A stretch of DNA of 64,000 nt from Lama glama (taxonomy: Eukaryota): NCBI GenBank assembly GCA_028534125.1, contig CM052824.1:14694001-14758000 (forward strand), read 5' to 3'. How positions within the stretch are numbered: position 1 is the stretch's first letter; each line of letters begins with the position of its first letter. Below the pieces are notes generated by a model. It searched no databases, was not told the origin of the DNA, and saw only the letters and a program-made list of their open reading frames with translations. This document shows, in pieces, positions 48,930 through 61,929 of the stretch. The translations under genes and the position numbers were made by a program.

Positions 48930-49338
48930 GTGTTATCAGAGGAATTGTGTCCCCCCCAAAATTTGTAAGTTGAAGCCCTAATCTCCCCTTCCCGTCCCGC
49001 CAAAAAAAAAACCTCAGAATGTGACTGTATTTGGAGACAGGGTCTTTAAAGAGGTGACTGAGCTAAAACGGGCTCAGTAGGGTGGACCCTAATTCAGTAG
49101 GAGTGGTGTCCTCATAAGAAGCAGGAATTTGGCCACAGGTGGGAACAGAGGAATGACCACGTGAAGACACAGGGGGAAGGTGGACATCTACAAGCCAAAG
49201 AGAAAGGTCTCAAGAACCAACCCCCTGCCACCCCCTGCCCTGACACCACGAATGCAGACTTCTAGCCTCCAGAACTGTGAGAAATTAAATGTCTGTTGTT
49301 TAAGCCACTGAGTCCAGCAGCCCAAGCCAGACACTACA
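48930..49338 (+). mobile_element. MaLR solo LTR (MLT1B-like)
   Basis: tgttat...gaattgtgtccccccaaaatt...cctcagaatgtgactgtatttggagacagggtcttt...gacttctagcctccagaactgtgagaaattaaatgtctgttgtttaagccac. Confidence 0.85.
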
Positions 49339-50329
49339 CCCAGGTTCTCCCAGGCTCCGGATGACGGAAGTGAGAAGGCCAGCTTCTTGCTGCTGGGCTT
49401 ATTTCTACTTGCAAACAAGGTGGTGGGCGGGCATCCGCTCCTTGCGGCTGGAGGTGCTGCCCCCTCTGCCCCATGCCCAGTCATGAGCTGTATGGTGCTA
49501 AGCAGCTATGTGGCTGCAGGAGCCCCCAGTTCTTCACATACTGGAGGCCCCTGGGGCCCCGTTCTGCGCTGGTGTCTAGTAGTTCCTGGGAGCTCCATCA
49601 ACAGCCTACTTCCCCACCCCTTCCACCGATTACACAAGCACCTCATCGCCCGTATTCAAGCTCATTCTGCTCACGTTCCCAAGAGTGCTTTTGGTTTGCT
49701 TTCCCTGACCCCTGACTGATTCACAGCTGTTAGTCTGTTGCTTTGTAATCTGTGAATATCTTACAAAAGTTAGCTATGATTTCTGTTTTCCTACCATCAT
49801 TGCTGAACCTGACACACTCTAAGACTTGAAAAGAGGGAGAGCTAAGACCCAGAACTCTCCTTCTCCCCAAAGCTCACAGGCAATGAGGCCAAAGGTGGCT
49901 GAACCTGTGAGCGACTGGCTGCACATCCTGCCCTGTTCCTGTCCAGTGCTGAGAACAAAGGGCAAAAACAATGCGTTGCTGGCCTACGGGGTGGAAAATG
50001 AGCCAGAGAGATGAGGAAGGGCTTTGTGGACTGGTGGAAAACATGGTTTGGGATTGGGTAGAGATAATGAAGTGATGGTAATATTCCTTTCTAAGAGAAG
50101 TTTATTAGGCTCAGAATCAGCAGAATGAAAAAGAAAGAGAACAGCTCTCTCTCAAGACCTCATTAGAGCTCATCCTCTAAAAGCAGGTGCTTTTATACTT
50201 GCCAACCCTTCAAGGTCCTTGTCTGGTATCTTTGATTAGTTGATTTTACCTGCCATCCAGGGCACATATCCTTGAATAATGATGATGATGATGGTGATGT
50301 TACTGTTATAATGACAGTAAAGTTCAACC

Positions 50330-53300
50330 AGCTACCACCATTTATTGAGTACTTAGTATGTGCCAGGTAAGTAAATTCCAAGAATCATTTCATTTAATCC
50401 TCTGAGAAGTGAATTCTTTAATCATTTCTGTTATAAAGGCGAAGCACAGAGAGGTTAAAAAATTCTTGGTGGAGATCACACTGATTTGTGTAGCAGAGCT
50501 GGGACTCAGGGTCACCAGACTCCCAAGGTCATCCTCTTCATCACCACTCTATACCGCACGCCTCTGAATACCAAGGACACAAGGAAGGGGTCGGAGAAAG
50601 CAGGGCCAGGTGTCAGCAAGAAGCACTGGACAAAAGGAGACAAGGCCTCCATTTAAGGCCTGTTGCTCCCTCAGATAGGTGGTCTCCTAGCAATGACGGT
50701 AGAAGCGTGGCGTTGGGTGGCCTTGCAAAAAGACCTAAGTGAAGGAGAATTGGTTGCTCTTATTGAAAAGAAGAGCTGCCCCAGATTCTGGGTAGAGCTA
50801 TTGCTAAAGACACAGGATGGTTCTGTCAACCTTCCGGGCCCGAGCAAAGCCGGCAAGAAGCCACAAGAATGAGCCAATCCTGGGCAGCAGATCCAGAGGA
50901 GAGAGCTGCAGAGCCTGAGCGGCTGGTTCCTAACTTCACTGTGTGTCTGGAACACCTGGAGCACTTGTTGTAAAAACCGGATTCAGAATGTATCTGTATT
51001 TACAAGCTTCCTGGGGATTCTGATTTAGGTCCTCCTGAGAAGCACCAGCGCTGATGGTCAGTCTCTGCCTCTTGGTTCTACCCATGTTTTATTTCTGCAT
51101 GGGTCTTAGACCAGGTCAATCTAAAAGAATGTCACTTCCTACCTGTACTTAACTTTTCAAAACTCTGAACAAGCCCTGGAATGTTCTAACTCCTTTTAAT
51201 GACCTTTCACCTTCAGTTTCAAATAGCTCTAATCAATTAACATCCTTTTTTGGAACTCAAGTCTAAATTTGTTTTCCTAACAGCCACTTCCTCCAGGAAA
51301 GTGTCTCCTCCCTGGCTTTTGTGATGCTCCCCCAACCCTGTTCTTGCCTGTCTGGCTGCTACTCCTTTCTTCGGATCTTGCTCCTCCTTCCGACCTGGCT
51401 TTCTCAGGGTCTCAGTCCTGGAGGGCTGGTGTAGCAGAGTGAACAAGGGCCTTACAGTCAGATAAACTCACATCCTGGCTCATTACATGCTACCCCAAAT
51501 TGCTTCACTTCTGACCTTCAGTTCCCTCATCTGTAAAATGGGAAGGGATAATAATAGTATCTACCTAATCAGGCTGTACCAGGAGGAAATGAGAGAAATA
51601 TGTAAATTACTCAGCACCTGCCTGACCCACATTGGTCCTCTGTTATGTAAAAGCTCTACCCTCAAGGACTTGAGCTCAGACCAGCGCACTTTGCACGCAT
51701 ACAGCCCTGACCCTTTACCTTAATTCCAACGTCTAAATAAAAGCTTATTTGGATTTGCACTCAGGTGTGCACAGCTGCTTCAAACACCACATACCTAAAA
51801 CCCAACACAACACTGCTGCCTGCCCCTAACCTTTCTGATGCCCCTTTCTCAACGAGTGACACTACTGTCCTAGTCACCAAGGCATCCCTTTGCCTCAGCG
51901 CTCCTTCCAATTCCTAAAACTAAGCTCCATCCAATGACATGTGAGCCAAGTATGTGAGGCTAAATTTTCTACTAGCCACGCGAAAAAAAGAAAAGTGAAA
52001 TTAATATATTTTATTTACCCCAATATGACCAAAACTAAAATGTACATCAGTGGAAAAATCTGAGATATTTTACCTTTTTTTGGTACTAAATCTTTGAAAC
52101 TCAGTGTGCATTTTGCACGTGCAGCACCTTGATTTGGACTAGTGACATTTAAGTGCTTGCTCAGTTGTCACTGTGGCTCCTTATTGGACAGTGTAACCTC
52201 AGACGCCGGGACTTTCCAAATTCTCTTGATTCCCACATTGACAAACCAGGTCCCCATTTAAATTTTTCCCCATTTCCCCAGTCTGCCTCAGTCCTGGCTC
52301 CCAGCATCTTAGGTGACAATTACTGCATCAGCCTCATAACAGCACTCATGTCCCTTACTTTTCTCCAATTGAATCTATCCTGACCATCATATGCTCAGAT
52401 AACATACCATTTTCACCTTATTTCTCACTAGCTCAAAAAATTTCCAGGGGTTCCTCAGTACCCCCAGGAAAAGTCCAAAGTGCTGGGCTTTGCTGTCAAG
52501 ATTCTAGGATTTCCACCATCACAGTAAACATCCTAATCATACACACGGCTATTCCTACACAGAGCTTGCTGTATGCCAGACACCGGCCTACATGCCAAGC
52601 ACTGTCAACACAGTATCCTACTGAGTCCTCACAGTCACCCCATGAGAAATTCGATGTATTTCCATCCCCATTTTATAAATGAAGAAACTGACGCACAGAG
52701 AGGTTAAGATCAAACAGCTAGCAAGCTGCTTGGCTGAGATCTGAGCCCAGGCAGCCTGACTCCAGAGGCCCAGCCCAGCCCCTGGCCTGCTCTGTACTGC
52801 TGTGGTGTCCCGGGGCTGTCACCCCACCCCCTGGGCTGCATCAAGTCACACCTGCAAATCTCCAGCCAAGTTCTCCGCCTGCTTCTCTTGGCCTATTTAA
52901 ATTCTCTCTTCTTTTAGGCTAGTTTACATTTTTACCTCTTCCAGGAAGGTCTCCCTAATTACTTTTGCTTACAGTGATTAATTCCCTGTATGAATTCCTG
53001 CTATATGCTTAAAGCTCAGGGGTTCAAAGACCCCTAAGGATGCATGATGAGGAGGCAGGGGGAGTTGTGAAGGAATCTCCTCAAATTGTATTCACTATTC
53101 GGTGTGCACGCCTATGTTTATTTTTTTCAAGTATTTATAGCTATTATCAAACTCTCAAAAAGGGTTGGCAACACCATTTATTTAGATGCTTAATTGTATG
53201 TTATTTAATACTTATTGTTATGTAATTGACTTTGTGTGTGTGAATACTGTTTTCCCACTAAACTGTGGGAAGTTTAGCTCAATAATAATAGTATACAAGT

Positions 53301-53520
53301 GCATTTATTCATTACTGAACTACGTGTCAGCTACTGTATCAAGTACTCTCGACAGATAATGGTTCACTTAATATTGGCTGCAGCTCCGAGAGGTTGGATT
53401 TATTATACCTATTAAGACTGAAGCTCAGGAAGGTTGAATAATCTGCCCAGGATCAGACACCGAGAAAGTGGTAGAAACAGGATTTGAACCCAGATCTCTC
53501 CTACTTCAAAGCCACACCCT
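50330..53520. mobile_element. Cluster of MIR, MER5-like and L2 remnants
   Basis: Several MIR cores (about 50330-50550, 51420-51640, 52540-52770, 53280-53520) and a MER5-like element (about 50920-51050). Confidence 0.55.
51925..52195. mobile_element. MER33/MER3-like hAT-Charlie MITE
   Basis: tccaat...aaattttcta.tagccac...gtgaaattaat...gagatattttac...tactaaatctttgaaa...ttggactag...acattt.aagtgct...gtggct.c.tattggacagtg. Confidence 0.7.
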
Positions 53521-54884
53521 TAACCAGGCAGGTGAGTTATCTGCGCCATCTTCTCTCTCATATTGACTAATGCAGAGAATGAAGCCTTAATAAACACTCG
53601 GGTTAGATTAAGACACGCAATGTCGCAACCAATGCAACCCATCAGCCAGTGTGAACGTATCACGCTGGGTGTTAATGTGCCCAGTGTTTGTTTCCTTAGA
53701 AACAGGATACACCCTGCTGCTCCTTCCCACAGCTATCCTGCAAAATACTGCCTGTTCCAAGTCAAAGGTTACCTGCCTGCCTGGTTCCCTTGACAGCTCT
53801 GAGGAGCTGAGGTGGAGTGCCTGGGATCCAATGGACTTGAATAGGGCCAGTTCCTGGCACTGTGAATGGTCACCTCCAGCGTGGGCTGGCCACTTGTGGG
53901 GTGCCCAGATTCTGGGGGCAGTGCTGCTTTGCATCCCCCATACTATGCCCCAAACAGGCCTGCGACCAGTGAAGGAGGGCCGTGCGAGCAGCTCTCTGAT
54001 GTGCACTGCAGAGGTGCAGGGCCCAGCCCCTCCGTGTGCCGGGCCAGGGGCCAGTCATACAGAGCACGTGTTCACAGTCAAGACCGAGTGACCTTTACAG
54101 ATGAGTTTTACTCTCTACCTAGCGTAGCAAGACTGACTGAGAAATGATTTGTTCATCTCTGCACGGCTGCCTTAAGTCAGCTGGATGACCCTTTTGTTTA
54201 TTCATGAATGAATAAATAAATGAATGGATGAATTCCACAACGATTTAATATTGAAAACAAAGGCAGAATGCTTTTCCTGTGCTGGGCACTGTGCTTAGGG
54301 CTTTACATAAAGTCATTTTATTTATTCTTTACAACGTCCATGAAAAAGAAAGTACTATTATTTCATTAACTAGTTTTTAAATTTTAAAAGAATATGTGTT
54401 TAAAAAGTTTAAACAATCCAAAAGGGTCGACAACAAAGACTAGCTGCCTTTCTACTCTAGGCTTCCTGAGGCAATCACTGTAGCAGGTTCTCGTATTTCC
54501 TGCTGAATACATTACATGTACACAAAAACGTGATTTATTCATATAAACATGTCTCTCAAAAAATACAGATGGAAGCATGTTATGTGGATTTCTCTGTCCT
54601 CTATTTTTTATTTTAACTAATATTATATTTGGAGGTCATGGTGAAGGTGGTATTTATTAACCCATTTTCCAGATGGGGAAATCGAGGCTCTCCAGAGCTA
54701 AACTCAACCCTGGAGCTCCTAACCATCAGTGCACACACTGCACCTGCCTGCAGGTCCTGCAGTAGGAGCTTGCTGCGGCTGGAGAGAGGAAGTAGGAATA
54801 ATCAGAGAAGCAGAAGACTGAATTTTTGCCTTCAGAGGGCTCACTGCTTTCTAGAGCAAATGATGCTGTAGGAAGTGAGGAAAA

Positions 54885-55132
54885 CCCCTGGAACAGTGCC
54901 CCCAACTTTCTGAGTCAATAGGTCTGGGCTGGGGGTTAGAGAATTTGTATCTCTAAGAAGTTCCCAGTGATGCTGAGCATGGCCTTTTTTTTTTTTTTTT
55001 TTTTTTTTTGTATCAGAAAGAGTTCATTAGAAAATTCTCACCCTGAACTGGTGTAGCATGTGATGTGGTACTGCCATTCATTAAACCCAGGTGGTCCTGC
55101 TGCTGTGGGGACCACTCGTGGAGAAGCAACGA
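54885..55132. mobile_element. MER5A interrupted by a poly(A)-tailed insertion
   Basis: ggtctgggctggggg...gaatttgtatctctaagaagttcccagtgatgctg, an insertion, then ctgctg.tggggaccac...gagaa.ca. Confidence 0.65.
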
Positions 55133-57596
55133 TGCAGGGGCTCCTCACTGAGTCACCCCCGCTCCTGGGCTGTTTCCCTCCACAGATGCCCAGGGTGCAA
55201 TGAAGTGGTCTGGTCCCTTGGCTATGTTCTCATGTTGTTTGGACTCTTTCTCTCACTCCATATAGCATTGCTTGCTCCCAAAAGACACAGGCACTTCGCC
55301 TTGAGGAAGTTATTCCTGGCAAGGGACACAGGACCAATCCAAGGAAGGAGGCAGAGCATTCCAAAGGCCCATTCATCTCTCACCTGTGGTAATGTGGTCT
55401 GTGGCCCTTTGGATACCCAAACCCAGAATACTTGTGCCTGCTTTTCCATCTGTGTGACCGGCAGGGAGCCCTCCCCACCAGCCTTCCTGAGGGACTGACC
55501 TCCCCTAGCTGAGCAGGGCTGGACATTGTCTGCAGTGAGATCCCCTCCCAGCCCCCGCCCCGGGCTCTGTTGTCCCCAACTCAGCCACTCTACCCTCGCT
55601 CCTGGTGGGCTGACAAGACAGCAGGACAGAGATATTTAGGATTCTAGTCGCGAAGGCCTAGCCCATCTGATCCCCTTTAAACAGAGGGCATGCTTTCTAA
55701 CACTGCTAAGCAGACAGGGGCACACCACTTGTCCAGAGTGAGCTAAAACAAACACGCAAACAACCCAAACATCTACTGGGAAGGTTGAAAGTGGGGCCGT
55801 AGGCAAATGCGGTTACATCCATTCTAGACTACAAGGCAGCTAGGTAGTCGATCTTCTGCTTTGAACAGTGCCAGCTGCTTGAAGGCATGGGAGTTTTGGT
55901 TCAGGAGAGAGAAAGGCTGAGGACGGAGAAGAGGCTGTGCAGCTCGCTGACATTTACAGTCACCAGCTGCGCTGGGCATCGCTAGCCAACAATGAATGTG
56001 GGCTGTTGCACTGGTGATTAAAGGGCTTGTGATTCCAGCAAGATGGACTAAGTCCTGAATATAAATAAGGAGTATCAGTGGGCCAATACAGCATGCCAAG
56101 AGCAAGTATTAGGAGCTTCGAGAAGACACGGTCGGTGAGGGCTTGAGCAAGGACAGATGCATTAAGAACACAGTCCTTAAATGGATCAATCCCTGAAGGG
56201 TAAGATGTGGATAGGCGGTGGTGAAGGAGTGGGAAGAAGCTCAGGACTGTGACTGCGGGGAGCAGCAGAGAGTGGATTAGAGCTGTTTCACTCTGTTATG
56301 TGAAAATGGGGCCACCAAAGGTTTCTGAGCAGAATGACAGGCAAAGGGAGTGTTATCAGAAAAACAATCAAACAAACTTATGCAGCATGGACTAGAAGTG
56401 GGGGCCAGAGAAAGACAAGTAGAATATTGCCATGGAAGGTCTGGGGGCAGGCAATATGGTCAAGATCATATTTGCGATCAGATGGAACTGGGTTCAAATC
56501 TGAGCTGTGCCACGTTGGTGTGTATGATGTGGGATGGACCACTTAGCCTCACTGAACCCCGAGTTCTCTGTAAGATGGGCTAACAAGAGTGCTTACCCCA
56601 CAGGACGGTAATGATGAAATGGAATCATATAGAAAAGAGCCCGGCACACGGAAACCACCCAGTGTTACCCACCAACACCATCACTGCTATTGGGAGTTAG
56701 AGCATAAGGTTTCAAACAGATGGAGGTGATTGGGATGTAGAGGAAAAGCTGGAAGCTCGAGATAGGAAATGTAGGTGGTGGTGAAGCTCTAGACTTTGGA
56801 GGGAGAGCATGAAGGAAAGGGCAGAGCGTCCCCTTGGGCCGTCCCCATGTGGGTGGGGATGAGAAAGGCAGCTTCAAAGGCGCCAAGAAGGAGCGGGGGG
56901 ACACCGTCACAAAAGCTGGGGAAGAGAGGCAGGAAGGGAAAGTCAATGCTGTGTAAGTATATTTAGTTAGTTCTAAATATGTTTAGTTAAAATATATTAT
57001 GCCCAGAAAACTTATTGGAAGAATATACTCCACAATGTAGCGATTGCTAGGTGGTGAGAATTTTAGGGGATTATTAGTGTTTCTATGCATTCCTGCAGTG
57101 TGTTAGTTTTTATTTATTTTTTGCCCTTAATAGCTGATACTTGTACAGCACTAACACTTGCCAAGCATTGTTCTAAGGCATTTACAGACATTAACTTACT
57201 TCTTCCTCAGAACAACGCTACGAGGTTGATACCATTGTTTTCCCCAGTTTAGGATTAAAGGAACTGAGGGAGGCAGACGCCTAGAACACAGCCAAGGCCA
57301 GGGCGAAGGTAAGTAGAGGGGCCAGGGCTGCGGTCCTGGCCAGCCTGGCTCCAAAGTCTGGGCTCTCAAGCACACGAGATGCTTTTATGATAAAAAAATA
57401 ATAACAAAAAATTCCCAGTAATTATTATTCACAAAACCAGGTGGAGGGGCAGGCATTCGTCACTTCACAGAGGTAAAGGAAGGAGAGAGCAAGTATAGCT
57501 CACAGAACTCGGTGACTGGGGAGCCGCTGGGGGCCCCTGGGTGCGTGTTTTCCACAGTGTGAAGGGAAGGGAGGTCGAATGATAAGGGACCTTGTT

Positions 57597-57760
57597 GGGG
57601 AGGGTACAGCTCAGTGGTAGAGCGCACGCCTAGCATGCACAAGGTCCTAGGTTCGATCCCAGGATGTCCATTAAAAATAAGTAAATAAAAACCTAATTAC
57701 CTCCTCCCCCACTCATGAAATAAATAAAAATAAAAATAAAATAAAGAAGTTAAAAAGGAA
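57597..57760 (+). mobile_element. tRNA-derived SINE (Vic-1-like, long tail) with TSD
   Basis: A box, canonical B box GGTTCGATCC, cctaattacctcc tail. Flanking aatgataagggacc / aatgctaagggacc. Confidence 0.88.
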
Positions 57761-58149
57761 TAATGCTAAGGGACCAAGAGAGAACCATTAATTCAGGGGA
57801 TGCAGGTGGTGAGCGTAAGGGACTGTTCAGAGAAATGTGGCAGTCTGGCAAAGACAAGGAATTGGATGGAAACTTTTAGGGGCAAGAGAATTGTTTCTTT
57901 TAAGGGATGGTTGTCATCTGAGCATTTTCAAAAGCAGAGGAGAAACGCTGAGCAACCAGGGAGAGTGAAGACCCCAGAAGGGGAAGGTCACTGAGAGAGT
58001 CAGAGAGCACGGACTCCAGACTGCGCTTGGGAATGAGGAAAAGGAGGGGCTGGGAACAGGGGACCAGAGAGCTACAGAGGCGGAAAAGCAGGGGAGCAGG
58101 CCGCCAAGCAGCTCAGGCTGAACGCCTTCTAATAGGTGAGAAAAAAAGG

Positions 58150-58436
58150 GGAAACCACCTACCGATGCAGCAACAACATGGGCGAATCTCTCAGACGTCA
58201 CGCTGAGCAAAGGAAGCCAGTCACAAAGGAGCACATATGAATTCCATTTACGTAAAGTTCAAGGCAAAACTCATCTATGGTGACAGAAACTGCACGAGCG
58301 AGGGGAGTGGGTGAGGGGGCAGATGAGGCAAGACTGGCCACAGATTTGCGCTAATTGTTGAAGGTGGGTGGCGGGCACCCGGGATGCAATCTGCTTTTAT
58401 GTATGTCTGAAAATTTCAAGGATAAAAAGTTAAAAG
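58150..58436 (+). mobile_element. Old L1 (L1MB/ME-like) 3' fragment
   Basis: catgg..gaatctc...gctgag..aa.gaagccagtcacaaa...attccattta..taaagttc...ctgcttttatgtatgtctgaaaatttc. Confidence 0.65.
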
Positions 58437-60575
58437 TCAAGTTCTATGATCCTAAACTCCTCATAACCTGTAACACAATAATTACCAACACGATAAGATG
58501 AGCTCTGTCATTAAAGAGTGGAAGACAGGTTAATTATTATCCACCGTTTCCTCTTCCAGATCACGATCTAGCAAGTATGCCCAATGTCCACAGAGCAGAG
58601 AGGTAACTGCCTTTCAAGGAGGCACAGATGGGACTGAAACAGCCATGAATTGGGCCCTCTGCCCATCTGACATGGCGCTTAGGCCCGGGGTCCCAGATGC
58701 CAAAGTTTAACTTGCCAGGGAGCCTCGCCCCTTGCTGCATTCACCAACAAAACCCAAAAGGCCCGGCACTGGTCTGGATACCCGTAACTTGTACGTGCTA
58801 CAGACCACAAAGGAGGATACTTAATTTTTCTTTCTTCCTTCATCTCATCTTCTTCTGCCATGAAACTCCAGCAAGGAGACATGCCTGACCTCCTTTCAAA
58901 CCTGTCCAGACTTGACAGCTACTTTGGGGAAAAGTAGTGTCTATCGAATTCCTGGAGTGACCAGCAAGGTGAACGTTTTTTGTGCTGGCCCTCCCAGGTA
59001 AAGCACTTGTTTGATTTGAGCCTCGTGGTATCTCAAACTTTAGATATTTTCAAAGGGAAAAGACTGAAGATACAAGGGGTCCCCAAGTTGGTTTCTTGTA
59101 GCTCTAACTCATTCTCTGTATAAATGGATTCGAACTCTCCCTTTCCAAGCAAACTTGTTGATTAACTCCTCTTTCAGAAAATGTTACTTGAGGGAAAACA
59201 TGGAATAGGAAACACCAAGCCAAGTCACTCAAAGTCCCAACCTCACCAGCAACATCAATGCAATTTAAATAACTTGGTACCCAAAAGGCACACTTCTACT
59301 GCAGCTCACTGAATTTTGTAAAATTTCAGCATGTCTCTGTTCAGTTTAAGAGGTGATATAAAATTCCTCAGAAATATGAATTAATTCAAATCCATTAAAT
59401 TTTTCTTTCAGTGAGATACAGGACTTTGGAGAAAGAGCGCTGAGTTAAACAAAATATGTATCACGACAGAGTAACACTGAAAACATTTGGAAAGATGACA
59501 CCAGTTTAAATACATGACGTGTGACTACCAAGCTCGTTAAGGTTTGTTCTCTTAAACTCAAGAATTTCACAAAACAAGATCATCAAATGGAATGCAGTGG
59601 GAAAGGATGCTGCCTGTAAGCCCTGAAAAAGAATTTCTATGGCTACTTTCAGCCCCAGATTTTTCCAGGCCAGAACTATTTCAAATATTCTGCTTCTCTT
59701 GGTATACCAGGAACTTACCAGACCACACGTCCCAAGAGCTGGCTTTACAACCACGGTCATCGTAACTTCTCACAAATACTGACATCTACTTCACCCATCA
59801 GAGCCCTTCTTTAAGTCTAATTCTCTACCTTCTGGTTGGCCCCTTGAGGCCAGCCGCCCCATATTACACAGTTCTTTACTTCTTCCACATACAATACCCA
59901 CAAAACTATACACACTGATTTGACTTGCTATGAGACACATTTATGCTTATGAGACACATGTTATGAGGAAGTGATGGCTTTGCAATTTTCCCTCTTCATA
60001 ATTGAGGAAATACAAGGGACAATACATTCCCGGGGCTGGACAAGGAGCAGGAACTCAATACTTTATTTTGACACAAGGATCCGTGGCAGTATTGTAGGTG
60101 AGGGACGATTAGAGCCTGAACCTATTGTACAGAAATCAGAATTTGTGAAACAAATGGGGATCATGTCACACTACAAAAGGATTCCTTCAGATAATACTTT
60201 CCCAGATGCATTAGCTACTGGACTCAGTGGTCAAGTCAGAGAAACTCACTGTTCAGCTCTGATTCTGATTATGTATCAATTAGGAACCATAATAAACATC
60301 TCTAAATTTTAACATTTTAAACACTACCTTCCTGTGTCTTGAACTCAGTTTTACCTGCGTTTCCACAGTGTAACATGAGTGCATATATTTTCCTTTTTCC
60401 TGTTCTTCTGAAAGTGAGGGTGACACAGATGTTGGTTTTGGACTACCTGCTACCCTTGGTTTCAAAGCAGCTCCTTGTTTGGTCTATGTCTTCAGTGGCA
60501 CCTTCCCCCTTGCATTAAGGACAAATATAGGAAAGTACAATTCTGATGCTGCAAGCTCTGGACAGAAAGAACTAG

Positions 60576-60665
60576 GTGACACTATCACTTAAGTCAGCCT
60601 GTGCAGGTCAGGTGCTTTAAGTGACACTATCACTTAAGTCAGCCTGTGCAGGTCAGGTGCTTAAA
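60576..60665 (+). repeat. 45-bp tandem duplication (2 copies, 1 mismatch)
   Basis: gtgacactatcacttaagtcagcctgtgcaggtcaggtgctt(t/a)aa at 60576 and 60621. Confidence 0.95.
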
Positions 60666-61684
60666 GTGGAGGGAAGGGGGCTGCGTCCCAAGGGGAATTC
60701 ATCTTATAAGTGGCAATGGGAATACACTTTCCAGCAAATACTAACACCAATACAACAATATTTACTGCCCTTTATTTATTCATGCATTTAACTGGAAGGT
60801 TAATTAAACTTTTCTAACACTTAATGAGTCCTGAGATTAAACTCCTGAGAGAGATCACAAGAAATCAGCATTTAGTTGCCTGTGACCAAATATGAGTTTC
60901 AAAAGGCTGAAGTAAGTTCTATCAAAAGTTTGTCCTTGGGGTATCTTCAGAAGTTCATGAGATTCTTTGGAACATTTTTATGTACAATAGAAGTCAAAAT
61001 AAATGACATGTGTTTATATTACTTGTAGAAATTACAAGACTGATTTTAACAGATTGAGTAAATAAACAAATTCAAGTCTCTCAAAAACAGCTGTTACCTG
61101 TCAGTGTCAACATTTATAAATGAACATGATCGTGGGAAGCTTGTGTCTTTGTCTATAAATGAAAACCATCCCCAGCTAAATTCTGGGCAAATAATCCAAG
61201 TGTCACATGGAGATGCTGCCACGTTTGTACGTCACATTTGCCTTGACCCAGTGTTGAAATCTGGTATTCTCTTTCCAATGTGGTAAGTCTGGTGTAATAA
61301 CAATGCCACCAAAAGACTGAAATTTATGAAGTGCTTTCTCATATACCATCTATATCAGAAAGGGTCAACTGAAGACTTCATTTTATTTCAATTTCTACTA
61401 ATGGACTGTGTGAACCTCTTTAATTTAATATGCAAATTTATGTCATCAATAGGTAAGATATTTTTGCAGAGAACTTAAAGTGTTAGGATCTTTTTGCCTC
61501 ATAAGACTCCTATCTCATAGTAGCCTATCAGGTGCTTCCCCTCTGAATATTTAGTGTACTTTCACTTTTAATAATTCCATATGCTTCTTAAATAGAGAAG
61601 AGTATTGGTTTTTCCTCTCAAATATAACCTGTTTAGTGACATTTTCTTAGAAGCAGATTATACCTGCACTTAAGAGGTAGTGTG

Positions 61685-61886
61685 TTAACTACTATATCTA
61701 AAATAGATAAACAAGTTTATACTGTGTAGCACAGGGAACTATATTCAATCTTGTAGTAACCTATAATGAAAAATATGAAAATGACTATATGTATGCATAT
61801 GCACGACTGAAACACTAAGCTGTACACCAAAAATTGACACACTGAAAACTAACTATAATCAATTAAAAAAAAAAAAAAGAAAAAGT

Positions 61887-61925
<39 letters not shown>
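61685..61925 (+). mobile_element. 5'-truncated L1 with poly(A)+(AC)n tail and perfect 13-bp TSD
   Basis: L1 3' UTR motif (gcacagggaactatattcaa...gactgaaacac...gctgtacacca.aaattgacac). TSD aagaggtagtgtg at 61672-61684 and 61926-61938, TT/AAGA endonuclease site. Confidence 0.9.

Positions 61926-61929
<4 letters not shown>

Noticed and set aside
55010-55085. C/D box snoRNA call for the inserted fragment (terminal CTGA on the - strand)
   Set aside because: No proper RTGATGA C box or terminal stem; kept only as an unidentified retroposed fragment.
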